DNA of 64,000 bases, taken from NCBI RefSeq assembly GCF_001194135.2, contig NC_068983.1, positions 91,090,335 through 91,154,334 on the forward strand. Direction: 5' to 3'. Shown here piece by piece: positions 50,231-61,800 of the stretch. Source of the stretch: Octopus bimaculoides. Its lineage: Eukaryota. The stretch's first letter is position 1. Each line of letters opens with the position of its first letter. Position numbers and translations under genes: made by a program. Below the pieces are notes generated by a model. It ran no database searches and was not told where the DNA came from. It worked only from the letters and a program-made list of their open reading frames with translations.

Positions 50231-52239
50231 AACATGGTTGTTCTTGCATTCAGGCAAAAAAAAAAAACAGAAGAAAACATAACAGGCAAAAGAAAATCAC
50301 CCCAAAAAAGTTTGATTAACTATAATTATCCTTGCAGCTTGAAGACAAAAACCTCCCTGACATCAGATAATCCAAATTTTGGAGAAATTGAGATATTACA
50401 GTGGATCTTGTCTTTAAAACGAAGTGGTGAAGGCAATGAGCATTTCAATCATGTTAGATCTCAGCAGCAAAGCAGATTCACCACTGGTATACAGACTACT
50501 TACGTGAGGTGTTTTCCAATCAGTGTCACTATTTTTCCTCTATTGATCACTTCTAAGTCTAGCCAAAAGAGGTAAATATGTTTCACTGATGAGATCTAAC
50601 AGAACTGAAACATATCCATTGCTTTCACTTGTAGGTTTTAAACATAAGATCTACTCCTAACTGCATTTTCTATATTCCCTAAAAGTTTGAATTTAGTTGC
50701 AATTTTGAAAACCTGTTTTAGATTTTAACATTAGATGAAGTTTTGTTTTCTAATTCCACAGATTATCTCAGTTAATTGAAGTTTTTCAACTTACCATATT
50801 ACATATGAGAGATTCTACCCTATGTGTAGAATAACCTTAAGTATATTCAGCCATAGTGTAATATTCATAATTTGAACTACTAGAAGTTGACTTCAATATT
50901 AGTTACAACCTTTTTGAGTTAGTCTGTGGAATTGAGGGAAAGAGTGCAATAAAAGATTAAGATAATAACATACATGCAAACACAACTGAGTTATTGCAAT
51001 ATTAGGAAAATCATTTGGAACATCTCAGCAATGAATCCTCAAACAACTAGAAGCAATATCAGAAATCTCAAGTACTCCAGCTGATGCAGAAATAAGTTAA
51101 GAAGAACTAGAAAAGGCAGCTATATCATAAGGCACACAGTATGGCTGTCATAGTAAATGCTGAAAGAAGGTGAGTACATGGTTTACATGTCACACAATAT
51201 TTAACAGTATAGGAAAACAGTGAAGACACCAAAAGACTGGGCCCATATGCTGGTAACACCATTACATTGAAAAGGTGACTAGTTAAAGCCCAAAATTTAC
51301 ATAGCAGTTTGACTCTTACCAAATGTTCAGGAAAATCTTCCTTGGCAGAATGAAAACTAAAACTGAAATTATATCAATTTAGTTTTTAAGATCTAGTAGA
51401 GGTATAACTGATGTAATTTTTTATAATCAAATATGGTGGACAGGCATATAGAAGATAAAAACAACAAAAAGAGGTATGAATTATAAAGTGCTATACAAAA
51501 ATATCACATATTGTTATAGATCTTCAGCAATGGAATTTGACACATAAGAACTAAAAAGTTTGGATGACAATTTAACACTCACCAACTCTCTTTCCTTCTT
51601 GTCTGTAGATATTAGATTCACTGATGACCTAACCCTAACAGCCACTATTTTGGTCATTTTTTAAAATATCCTCGAAACAGTAATATAAAGCAAGCAAAAA
51701 ATGGAGTTAAAAAATGGCATGAAGAGTAATTCCAATCACATAGCTTGTAGATGATGAAACTTAATGGTTCTAAAGTAGAATAAATTACAGAGTTTGTGTA
51801 TTCCAACAGTATAGTACTAGTTTGTGTATTCCAACAGTATAGATCAGAAGACATAAAAACAGATTGTATTGGCATCTCCAGCATTTGGATGACTAGAATT
51901 CACAATCTGAAACAAGTTGGATATCAGCCAGTGGTTTTATGATGCCTATATTCCCTCCATTACAAGCTTTTGCCTTGGAAATGTGGACCCCAAATTTTGA
52001 AGGTACATGCTGTATTTGCAGTTTGTACAAGGGATATGATCACAAGACAGGAATAAATATATTTCCATAATAAAAACTCTTCCTGTGACAGATCCACGAC
52101 CAAAGTAGTAAAGAAGAGACTGAAATAGTTTGGCCATAAAATATGTAGCACTGGCATTCCACCCAGACTTCCTAAATCCAAAACACAAGGTAGACCACTG
52201 ATGAGTTGGACCTCCCAAATACATTAGGTGAGGGACGAG

Positions 52240-52582
52240 GTGGTGAAACATGATCTTCGAATGTTGACCTTCATGGAGGGAATGACAAGTGACCGAGACA
52301 TTTCGTGATATGCTGTGCTTGAGAAGACTTGTCAAGCCAAACAAAATCATAGCCATGGTGGTTGTCAGTGTCATGTAATTGTAGTCATGGCCATTGCTGG
52401 TGTCATGTAAATGGCACATAAAAAACACTCATTACACTCTTAGAGTGGTTGGCATTAGGAATGGCATCCAGCCATAGGAACCATGCCAAATCAGACTGGA
52501 ACCTGGTGCAACTCTCTGGCTTACCAGTTCCAGCCAAGCCATCTAACCCATGCTAGCATGGAAAGTGAATGTTAAATGATGA
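52240..52582 (+). mobile_element. RTE ORF end plus 3' UTR with (GAT)n tail
   Basis: DEVVKHDLRML, then a 3' UTR homologous to 7148-7300. Confidence 0.85.
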
Positions 52583-52718
52583 TATATATATATATACACA
52601 CACACACACATATATAGATATATATATATACATATATATATATATTAATTGCTCTTTTTTATATAAATACATATTTTACTACACATACATCACCAATGGT
52701 GATGATTTTGAGAGTATA

Positions 52719-53612
52719 CGAGAGGGCACCCAAAAGTAACCGAAAATGTTCTGTGGGACAAGCGCATTGTAGTTCAGGCTTCTGCTGCTAGTAGCCACTT
52801 GATGTGACCCTCAGGCATCAGTCTGCTGACTGGCAGTATGACATACAAAGTCGTGCTGCTACATGGTGCGTCTCTGTTTTGCAGTGCTTCTCCCCTGTTT
52901 GTTGATTTTTGTGATGGCTGAAATGAAGGAAATTCTGCAAAATTCTGTTTTCTGCTGGGGAAACAGCAGCTGAAACTGTTGTCTTCAAAAAGCTTACAAA
53001 GCCGCTGTCATGAGCAAAACACAAGTTTATGAGAGTGGTTTCCATGCTTTAGGAATGGTCACTTGTTGCTTGAAGACCAACCTCATTCAGGAAGACCATT
53101 GACCTCCTGAATGAATGAAAACATCATGAAAATTCATGAATTGATCTTGGAGGACTGTCACCAAACAATTGACTAACTTGTTGATATGACTGGTGTGTTG
53201 TGGAACTGCTAAGGAATTTTGAGTGAGGAATTGTGAATGAAAAGAGTTACAGCAAAATTTGTGCCTCGCTTGCTCACGGAAGATCAAAAGCAGTCATTAC
53301 TGAATGTGTGGTGTGAACTGAAAGAACAGTTGGAAGTTGATCTGGACCTATTTTCAAAGGTCATCACTGGTGATGGAAGCTGGTGCTATGGAATTTGCAG
53401 ATGTGGGAGAGGTGAAGAAAAGAACAATGGAGGCATTAAAAGGCATCACTTCACAAGAATTCCAGCATTGCTTCAAATAGTGGAAAACACGCCTGGACTG
53501 GTGCATTGCTTCAAATGGAGAATACTATCAAGGCGATAAAAGTGTAAACATGTAAAACTAAGTGAATAAAATAATATTGCAAAAGTCTGGTTTCTTTTTA
53601 GTACCCACCTCA
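52719..53612 (+). mobile_element. Mariner deletion derivative
   Basis: Imperfect TIRs with TA at 52717-18 and 53613-14. AKFVPRLLTEDQK and VITGD motifs. Confidence 0.85.
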
Positions 53613-53777
53613 TAAATAACAAGTCAAGTTTAAATGCTTTACAATAAACAGTTGTGTACTTCACTATTTGAAATTCAAATCATGCAGGGTTGATATTTAT
53701 CAGCTCTTAGTGTTGATAACATTAATCAATTATGTTGACCCAGCAATACTAGTTAAAAGATATTATTAAGTACAAAC

Positions 53778-54042
53778 CCATTGGTGGTGGAGGTGGTGGA
53801 CCTCCCACTGGAGGTGGGGGTGGTGGTGGAGGTGGTGGTAAAGATGCTCCATTTTGAGCGTTTAGATGATTCTTGGAAAGATTTTGAGGCAAAGATAGAG
53901 GAATGGTACGATTTGTGATAAGATTGCTGTTTGATTTGAAGCCTAATGAAGCAGATGAAAAGTCCATTTTTGCATCATCAGGTAAGCTTCCTGTTGAGAC
54001 CATATATTGCAATTTCTTCTTTTCGGCACATTCATTCTCCAA
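53778..54042 (-). CDS. DAAM: DAAM-like formin exon with FH1 polyproline tracts (LENECAEKKK...LP10VGGP6M)
   Basis: Open frame with P10 and P6 tracts. CAG acceptor at 54045-54043. A GTTTGT donor after ATG-G gives phase 1, which fits the next exon. 265 nt. Confidence 0.88.
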
Positions 54043-55010
54043 CTGATAGCAAAAAATAGAAGAAAGAAATGAAAATGAATTAAAAATATAACATTTTGTT
54101 AAGATTTGTGTATTTAATCCACCGCATCCACAAACATTCTATACTGAATAAAAAAAGGTCAGTTAAGAGAATTATAGATGTCTGAGAAAACAATGTACTG
54201 ATGTTACTGACATTTTTATTATTGGATTGTCTGAGGAGTGGTGCTCAATTGTTTTTACAGATCTTCCGAGATGAGAAGAGGTTAATATAGTTATTATTTA
54301 GTTTGAACTCTACTGGTAGTATTACTAATACTTTACTGTGTGCCTGGAAATCATAAATGTTACTAGCTGGGTAAATATGTATTCTTGTAAGTAGGGTGTG
54401 GAGTTACAATGTATAACTGATAATGGTTTCATTAGTTTTCAATGCTGAACTCAGGTCTACATTATAGGCCTGAAGAAGGAAATTGAAGATGGCACCAATT
54501 TATCTTCTGGTGCATGATTCTGTAGCAACCAAATGACTGAATAGGCTATGATGACATCCTCCTCCTCCTCCTCTAACATCTGTTTTCCATGCTGGAAAAC
54601 AGATGTTAAAGGAGGAGGAGTATGCTGGGTGTTTTTTACATGGAACCAGCAAGGGTGCTTTTACATGGTGCTGGCACAGATGCTATTATGTGGTACTAGC
54701 ACTGGTGCTTTTTATATGGTGCTGGCAAAGGTGCATTTTATGTGGCACCAGCACAGGGCTCTTGAAAGTCAATCCTCTTCAGCAGGAGTAGTGGCATTAA
54801 CACTTCTGCTGTGGAGGATGGGTTTTCTTGAATATAGCAAGGCTATATACCATAAAATTACCTGAGTTAGGAAATCTAAGAATGTTTGGATACAGATATG
54901 CCTTTTACCTATTATCAATCGCTGTTCAATATCTTCTTAGAGAAGTAGATAAAAATTAAAATACAAATACAATTTTGCATTAAATTCAGGAAAGAAATGA
55001 AGCATTTTAC

Positions 55011-55133
55011 CTGAGCCTGTAGTTCATGGATTAAGGAACTCATATCTGAAATATTTTGTTTTGTTTCCTGATGGTTTGCAATTTCTTTCTCAAGTTTAGT
55101 CTTCATTTTGTTCACTGTTGATATTAGTTCCTC
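55011..55133 (-). CDS. DAAM: DAAM-like formin exon (coiled coil): EELISTVNKMKTKLEKEIANHQETKQNISDMSSLIHELQAQ
   Basis: Matches DAAM EEMMQTLNKMKEKLEKETTEHKQVKQQVADL. CAG acceptor, GTAAAA donor. 123 nt, phase 0 to 0. Confidence 0.92.
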
Positions 55134-56259
55134 CTGAGAGAGACAAATGGATAGATATCTCAACAAATTTACTCATATATTCATAGACACATTCATTCAT
55201 TACATTACTGTTTTAAATAAGCAAAACTATACAAAACTTCTTTTATTACATAAAACAATTTTTATAAATTAATTTTATCTTTAGAGATGGACTTTTTATA
55301 TATTTATGTCCACACTGCTTCAAATGTTTTAGTTTCTGATTGTCATCAGGTGTCTTATTCTTGGATGTGTACATAGATAATACTAGACTGGTTTCAAACA
55401 AGGAAACTTTATTTCTAAACTAAGGGTAATAACATTCTTATCAACTTGGTCAGTGATGCATTTAAAGATTAGATCTTTAATATCTCAAGATGAGGTAAAT
55501 AGGGGAAAAAAAATAATCTTAACAATAATTCAGCTTAGCCACTCAGACATTTAATTAGTTACATTTGTGGGATCCAGCATAAAGCATAACCTGTATTACT
55601 TCACCCAGTAATCATCTTTCGTATGTATCACAAGCCCAGATAGCATGGCTGGGGGTGTCTTTTGGGTCTGTTATATGGGTAAAACTCAAGGGTTCTCCCA
55701 AGTGGCACACACTCTAGCTATGCCACTGACAAGTTGCTACCAGTACAAATATGTCAGCTGATTTGTGATCTGCCATTCATGCACATTAGCATTACACATC
55801 CACTCTCACCAGATAATGGTTGTTTCATTTCTTTCCTGTTTCCATACATCCTTTGCCACTACCACTGCTAGTCAGGTCACTTAAGTAAGAGAAGTAGTCA
55901 ACTACATTTGGATAAAATATTATTTCAACTGAAAATATCATCAGTCGAAATATTTTGTTCTAGGATGCTATTACTATTACACTTCATTGCACGTATTACA
56001 TATGAAGTTCTGTGGCAAATCCTATGCACCTTTAGTGCACCCATATTTTTTATTGGGTACAGGGTATAGAGTTTTTACTTAACTCTTCTTAATTGGCATG
56101 CAAACTATAAGATACATCTTTGCTAGGATGATACTTAGGACATACAACTGTATACTTTGCTTTCAGGTTTGGGGCTTTTTATTTAAGTTTTCAACTATTT
56201 CATTTATGAAAACCAGTGATACATTTGACACATCAGTTATATAGTAATTTTTTTCAAAC

Positions 56260-56386
56260 CTTTTCTTGTGTCTTTGCTTCACATTCACGTTCTTTCTTTT
56301 GCATTTTTAAATTCAAATCATCATTTGCTTTCTCAATTTCTCGCATTTTCTGTTGAAAGGATTTTATGTCATTTTCACAGGCAATC
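56260..56386 (-). CDS. DAAM: DAAM-like formin exon (dimerisation/coiled coil): IACENDIKSFQQKMREIEKANDDLNLKMQKKERECEAKTQEK
   Basis: KKERECEAKTQEK matches DAAM KKERECDAKTQEK. CTAG acceptor, GTTTGA donor. 127 nt, phase 2 to 0. Confidence 0.92.
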
Positions 56387-57294
56387 CTAGGGGAGATAAA
56401 ATATGATAATCAGAATAAGAATGCAAACTTACTTATCAAAGAATATCTAAAAAGTATCCTTCAGCCAACTCAGTTGGGCAAGTTGATGGGTGTCAGCCTC
56501 CTTGCTAAAGAATCAATGATTTAAACGCTACTATTGCTTTCCTCTAATTTTTCTCTCTGTTCATCCCTTTCTTACATTTGTTGATGTTATTGTTGATAGA
56601 ACAATATTATAATTTCACAATAGTTTTTAAAAGCTGGAAACTGCGCCTATCCAGGTGTGTTTTTTTTTTTTTGGTGGGGGGAGTTCCTACCAACCTAGTT
56701 TTTTAAGAACCAATCAATCTATTTTCTTTTAAAGCTTGATTTGCTCACTAATTATTTTATCTGCTTTAATTTAACATTCTTTAGGAAACGGGGTTAATGT
56801 AAGTTATTTGTAGATTAGCAAATTATTTCCTTCAACAAGCTTGATGGGTATAAAAAATTGTTTAGTGATTATCTTGATATTCTAATTCATAGTCAGTAAG
56901 CCTCACATTTGATTGTAGAGGTAACACTAGAAGGCTTTTTTCTTCATATAGAGAATATTCTTATAGAGGCCACTCTATACACAAAAATCATACACAAAAC
57001 TGAAAGGAAAAAAAATATGTATCACTTCTGTAGCTCTTACTGCTTACATGGTATAAAGCTTTAAAAGGTATAATAACTAAATGGACCAAGAAATATAAGA
57101 AGCAAGTATTGGAGTGCAGCATTAGTAATCTATAAACCTTTTGTAGCTTGCCACTATAAATTCAGCTCTTAGAATATAGAAAAATCATAATTGAAAAGAC
57201 ATAAAAATGTCCTACAATTTATTAGATATTGATTATAGAAATTAAATACAGAAGAACTTTACAACCGTTCATAACAATAAATTAAATAACTTAC

Positions 57295-57430
57295 TGTCGA
57301 ATTATATGAGTAAAGTTGATCTCTACTGGAGCTAGATCAGGATCTTTACCATTCTTTTCCTGCAGCACCATTTGTTGAACAATTCTGTCTATAATTAACC
57401 ACTGGCTAGCACATTTACTAGAGTTATTGT
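57295..57430 (-). CDS. DAAM: DAAM-like formin exon: (Y)NNSSKCASQWLIIDRIVQQMVLQEKNGKDPDLAPVEINFTHIIR(Q)
   Basis: Matches the DAAM motif WLLLDRIIQQIVIQ..GQDPD. Polypyrimidine tract plus CAG acceptor, GTAAGT donor. 136 nt, phase 1 to 2, in frame with both neighbours. Confidence 0.92.
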
Positions 57431-58562
57431 CTGAAAAAAATTCAAAAGATATTACAGAAAACAAATACAAATATTACAAACGTGGAAACTGCACCCCTTC
57501 ATTAGTTGGACACCTCAACTTTCACATAAGAAAGATTATAGTTTTGGTGAAACAAAATTTGATGAATCNNNNNNNNNNNNNNNNNNNNNNNNNNNNNNNN
57601 NNNNNNNNNNNNNNNNNNNNNNNNNNNNNNNNNNNNNNNNNNNNNNNNNNNNNNNNATATATATATATATATATAAGCTTATTACATACATATATTTCTA
57701 GACATGTTAGAAATAATAGCTAAATCTCCCTCAAATCATATCCTAACATTTTAAAAAAGAACACTGGGTAATGTACTTCTATGCCTGAAAATAGTTGTAA
57801 TATTCATAAGGGCTTATTTCAATCAAGACTGCTATAGGTAGCTGAATCGCCAAACCCACTGTTTACTGGTGTGGCTGCTTTTATTAAAATAAATTCAAAT
57901 CAGCTCAAAATTGATATATACATTTCTTTGAGAACAAATAAAAAAGTGTTGGAAGCTTACATTAGAAATAAAGATTCCAAGTTCAATTCAAGCCTAAAGA
58001 AATGTACATCTGTAGAAATATAGCACTTGGGAAAGGTCAAAGAACAGGTTAAGGATATGTTGACTAAGTATACAAACAAAAGATAAGATTGATAAAGAAA
58101 ACCTACATTAAGATGTTTAATATAACAGAATATCATAAGTTAAGGCTTAAATATTTGTTCTTTAACTTTAGCAGCTCAGAGTAAAGGCATGTGTTCTAGT
58201 GGTTGGGATATTGAGCTCATGATCATTAGGTAAGAGGTTAGACTCAAAAGCTAGATAACATGCTATGGACTTAAGCAAGGTACATTATTTCATGCTGTCT
58301 ACTCAATTCAAAATAACTATTATAAGTCAGGAGTTATCCATTTGCAGGAAGGAGGCTTGTACTCACTTAAAATATTTGGAAGTCCAGATAAGCTTTGGTC
58401 TCATTACTCTTGTTGGCTCAAAGTAAGACTTTTCATTTTAGAAACTTAGCAACCAACTGTTTGACCTCTTATTGTTATACAGTAAAACCATAAATTCAGG
58501 TTTTGAACCTTTTCAATTAGCTAATGATACATATGCTAGTGGAACAAGGAAGGAATGCTTAC

Positions 58563-58680
58563 ATGGCATAAGTAACATGTGCTGTAAAATAGACATCAAA
58601 CTTGAATAGGCTAATGATAATGCTAATTTCTTTCGCAGCAGCTCAAACATACTTGTTGCACTTCTTGTATCAATGTGAAC
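58563..58680 (-). CDS. DAAM: DAAM-like formin exon (FH3/DID C-terminal part): VHIDTRSATSMFELLRKKLALSLAYSSLMSILQHMLLMP
   Basis: Translation matches the DAAM1/2 segment VHIDTKSATQMFEL..HSEAYPHFMSILHHCLQMP as I recall it. CAG acceptor at 58683-58681, GTAAGC donor at 58562. 118 nt, phase 0 to 1. Confidence 0.92.
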
Positions 58681-58888
58681 CTGTGCATAAATAGAAACAC
58701 AAAACATGAAGAAATGACTTACATAAATGCATTGGTATTAAATGGAAATCTTCAAAATTTGTAATAATGATAAGTAAAAATGAATTTATACATTTTAAAT
58801 AGCTATTTCAAATAAATCTCAAAATAATCACTGTAAACATGTGTGTAAACAGAACAAATCAATTTGAAAAAATGAGAAAATAAGAAAC

Positions 58889-61800
58889 TGTAGCGTGATG
58901 GAAGAAAAAAACAACAGAAAAAGAAGCAAAAAGGAGAAAGAGATACAGAGACCTTACCTGTTGACCGTGGCAGGATGAGCAATCAATGACCAGATAAAAG
59001 CACAACCTTTAACACGCACTGTCTCTCATCCAACTGCACCATGTGCTTTGTGCCCACTCATGCCCCCGTGGCTCTTCCGTCAGCCCCTGCAGTCTTCACT
59101 TCCGTTTGCCTCTTCTGCAATCCTCTCCACCAACACCACATAGCTTATCACAGCCCATAACACCACAAACATCACACATCCCCCTGGTCTACAGATCACT
59201 CAACCGGCTTTCCCACTTACTCCTCGCTCCTGAACTCACACCTTAACTGGTTTCATAATCAGCCAGCCAGGGAGGAGGGTGCCGCTCCTTCTGTGGTTGC
59301 TGTTCGACCCCAGGACTGGCCTGAGTTCCTGGTACACTGCTGCTGGCTTCATCATCTTGCCTACTGCTGCTGTCTTCATCTTCTTGCCCACTGCTGCTGG
59401 TTTCATCCTCTGAGGCAACGACAATCTTCCACACATCCAAAACATGGCGTGGCATACCATCGACAGCGACGTTGTTCTTCGAATTGATGGAGGTTATTGT
59501 TCCTTTTCTCCATTGTGATGTACACCATGCATTTGGAGGTTTTACCTAAACTTCTTCGCGGACCTGCACGAAGGTGTGCTCTTCCTCTCCCCCGAGTCGC
59601 ATTGATGCAGTACACAGATGCCTCCACTAGCACCTGAATATTGCCCTGTGTGGCACCGACTCCTCAGCCTGTCCTGACCTGGGTGACATATTGTACCAAA
59701 ATACGGCCTCGATTGGTGAAATGTGACCCCTCTCTGCCATGGTCTTCATGGTACGATGATGCCTTTCCACCACTCCATTTCCACTTGGCCGGTATGCCGC
59801 CCTGAAGAAGCGGCTGACCTGCCATCCATCAAGCATTTCTTTCAGCACCTCCGAGCGAAATGCAGTATCATTATCCAGAAGCAGCTCATCCATGGGGCCT
59901 TGTTCTAGGAATATCTCATTTAATACTCTCACGATTTCCTCTGCAATCCCGGTCTTCATCTCCCTCCATATGGCCAACCGCCACGGTCCGCAATCAATTA
60001 TTGAGAGGTACATCCCCTGCCGGTAGTGTGTTATGTCCACTGGAATACTTCCTGCCTCATGTATGCCCAGAGCAGGGTCGATGGACTGGCACCTGTCACA
60101 GCTGCTAACCACTCTCTGCACGCTCTGTCTTGTTACATCGGAGTCGACTTTCCTGGTTATGAACAACGTCCTGTCCACTCCCATGTGATGCATGGTATGC
60201 AGTCTCCTCAACTCCGAGTCACTCAGATGGCATACTGCAGCCACAGCCTTCTCCGCATCCTCTGGCACCTGCAACCAGACTCGCTTTATCCTGGTCAGGA
60301 CATCTGCCCTGTTCTTCTCAGAAGGCACAAAGATCACGCTCAGCTTCAGATCGAACTCAGCAATTAGTTCACACAGTATCCCCAATCGACACTTTACCAA
60401 CATCTCTGCGGCCACTTTGGTTTGCACCCTCCGTCACCCAACCAAGTATAGTGGCCGAATCGGTCCTAATTTCTATGATGAGCAGCCCCCACTTCAAGGC
60501 CAGGTTCACCCCCTTCAACACAGTATCCAACTCCGCCACATTGATATGGTTGCAGTCATCCGTCTTCCTGAGCCAGGCTGCATCTTCCACCATGACGCCT
60601 CCCATTTTCAAGACAACCCCTATTGCGATGCTACTGGCGTCACACCATATGATCCCGCTCTTTGATTTGGGAACATACCAACTGCCCCTCACTCTGACCA
60701 AGACTTCCTGCATCATGTCGGTCGTCTTCTCCCCCATTTTATCATTCCATTTCGCTCCTTCGGCTCATCTCTTGATAAAGTTACATGCTGTCTGGAGCCA
60801 TCCTGCAATCGGGTAGTGTCCCACCAGCTTCCCACACACCAAGAACAGTTCCCGTCTACTAATGCTGGTGCCCAGTTTGGGGATCTCGTTCCCTCACCAA
60901 AACACCAATGCGCCGGCCTTGTCTCTCCATAGCTTGAGGCCCAGTGTAGTGCCTCCCTCCATTGCCTCTGGTGACTTGGTGATCAGTCCAAAACTCTTGA
61001 GGTGGCCTATGACCTCCATTGCTGGCATTATGGTTTCATCCACAAGGATGTCATCGATGTACAAATTGGTGGCTCTTTTTACTCTGTCCACCTTTCCCAG
61101 GATGGCCTTGAGAATTGTTGCCATAATCTTTGGCGTTGAATTTAGCCCAAAACCCAGCCTAGTCAGACAGTATGTCTGGCCCTTATACCTGACAAGCTGA
61201 TGCTTCCACAGTCTCTCAGCCACATGCACCTGCAGGTATGCCGACTTCAAATCGACGATCGTGGAGGCCTCTCTCATCTGCCTCTACTCTCGCAAGGTGT
61301 CCCCACAGACATCTGTGGCCTTACCGCCCATATGACATGATACATGGTCATTCAGCTCTTGGAAGTCAAGCACTGGCTTGACCTTATGCTTTGTGGGCTG
61401 TACCACCACCATCAGCGGTGGGACTCTACTCTCTACTTCTTCCCAAGGGATCAATATGCCCTCTTTAATCCACCGCTTCACCTCCCCCCTCAAACTTGCT
61501 TCTGGCATCTCCTTTCAGAGCATGCTGATAGCAGCCCACTTTATTTTTTAACGTCGGGGGCTCTTCCAGTACCACTCCACTGTCTACCTCTAGCTATCAA
61601 AGACAGCGCGAAAGTCCTGGTATTCAATGGTGTGCACAGCATAGTTTTCTTCGCAGTTCTCACCAATGCACAGTCTCACCATACACGATTTCCCCCGCAA
61701 CCCCGAATGTTACACCGGCCTCATTGCCAGTGACACCTCCTAAACAAGTGACTGCATCCATCCCCATCACCACGTCAATCTCGTCCACCAAGTGGCCAAG

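Noticed and set aside
50576-50615. CTGATGAG...GAAAC inside a 10-bp inverted repeat, hammerhead-like
   Set aside because: There is no stem I between the putative cleavage triplet and CUGAUGA, stem II is poor, and the inverted repeat would sequester GAAA.
51583-51602. Possible 20-nt DAAM micro-exon, and a 55-nt candidate at 50504-50558
   Set aside because: Each shifts the frame alone, the combination introduces a stop, and neither resembles DAAM.
51791-51842. 24-bp direct repeat
   Set aside because: An ordinary local tandem duplication in an intron.
52190-52275. CTGATGA followed by GAAAC with a stem
   Set aside because: The GAAAC part is RTE coding sequence (VVKHDLR) and stem I is not adjacent to the core.
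31007-52582. Inverted RTE fragments flanking the two FH2 exons as a circRNA signal
   Set aside because: The copies are diverged, about 21 kb apart, and separated by several gaps.
55310-55360. Minus-strand CTGATGA-caatca-GAAAC, minimal-hammerhead-like
   Set aside because: Stem III does not pair and there is no NUH at the required position.
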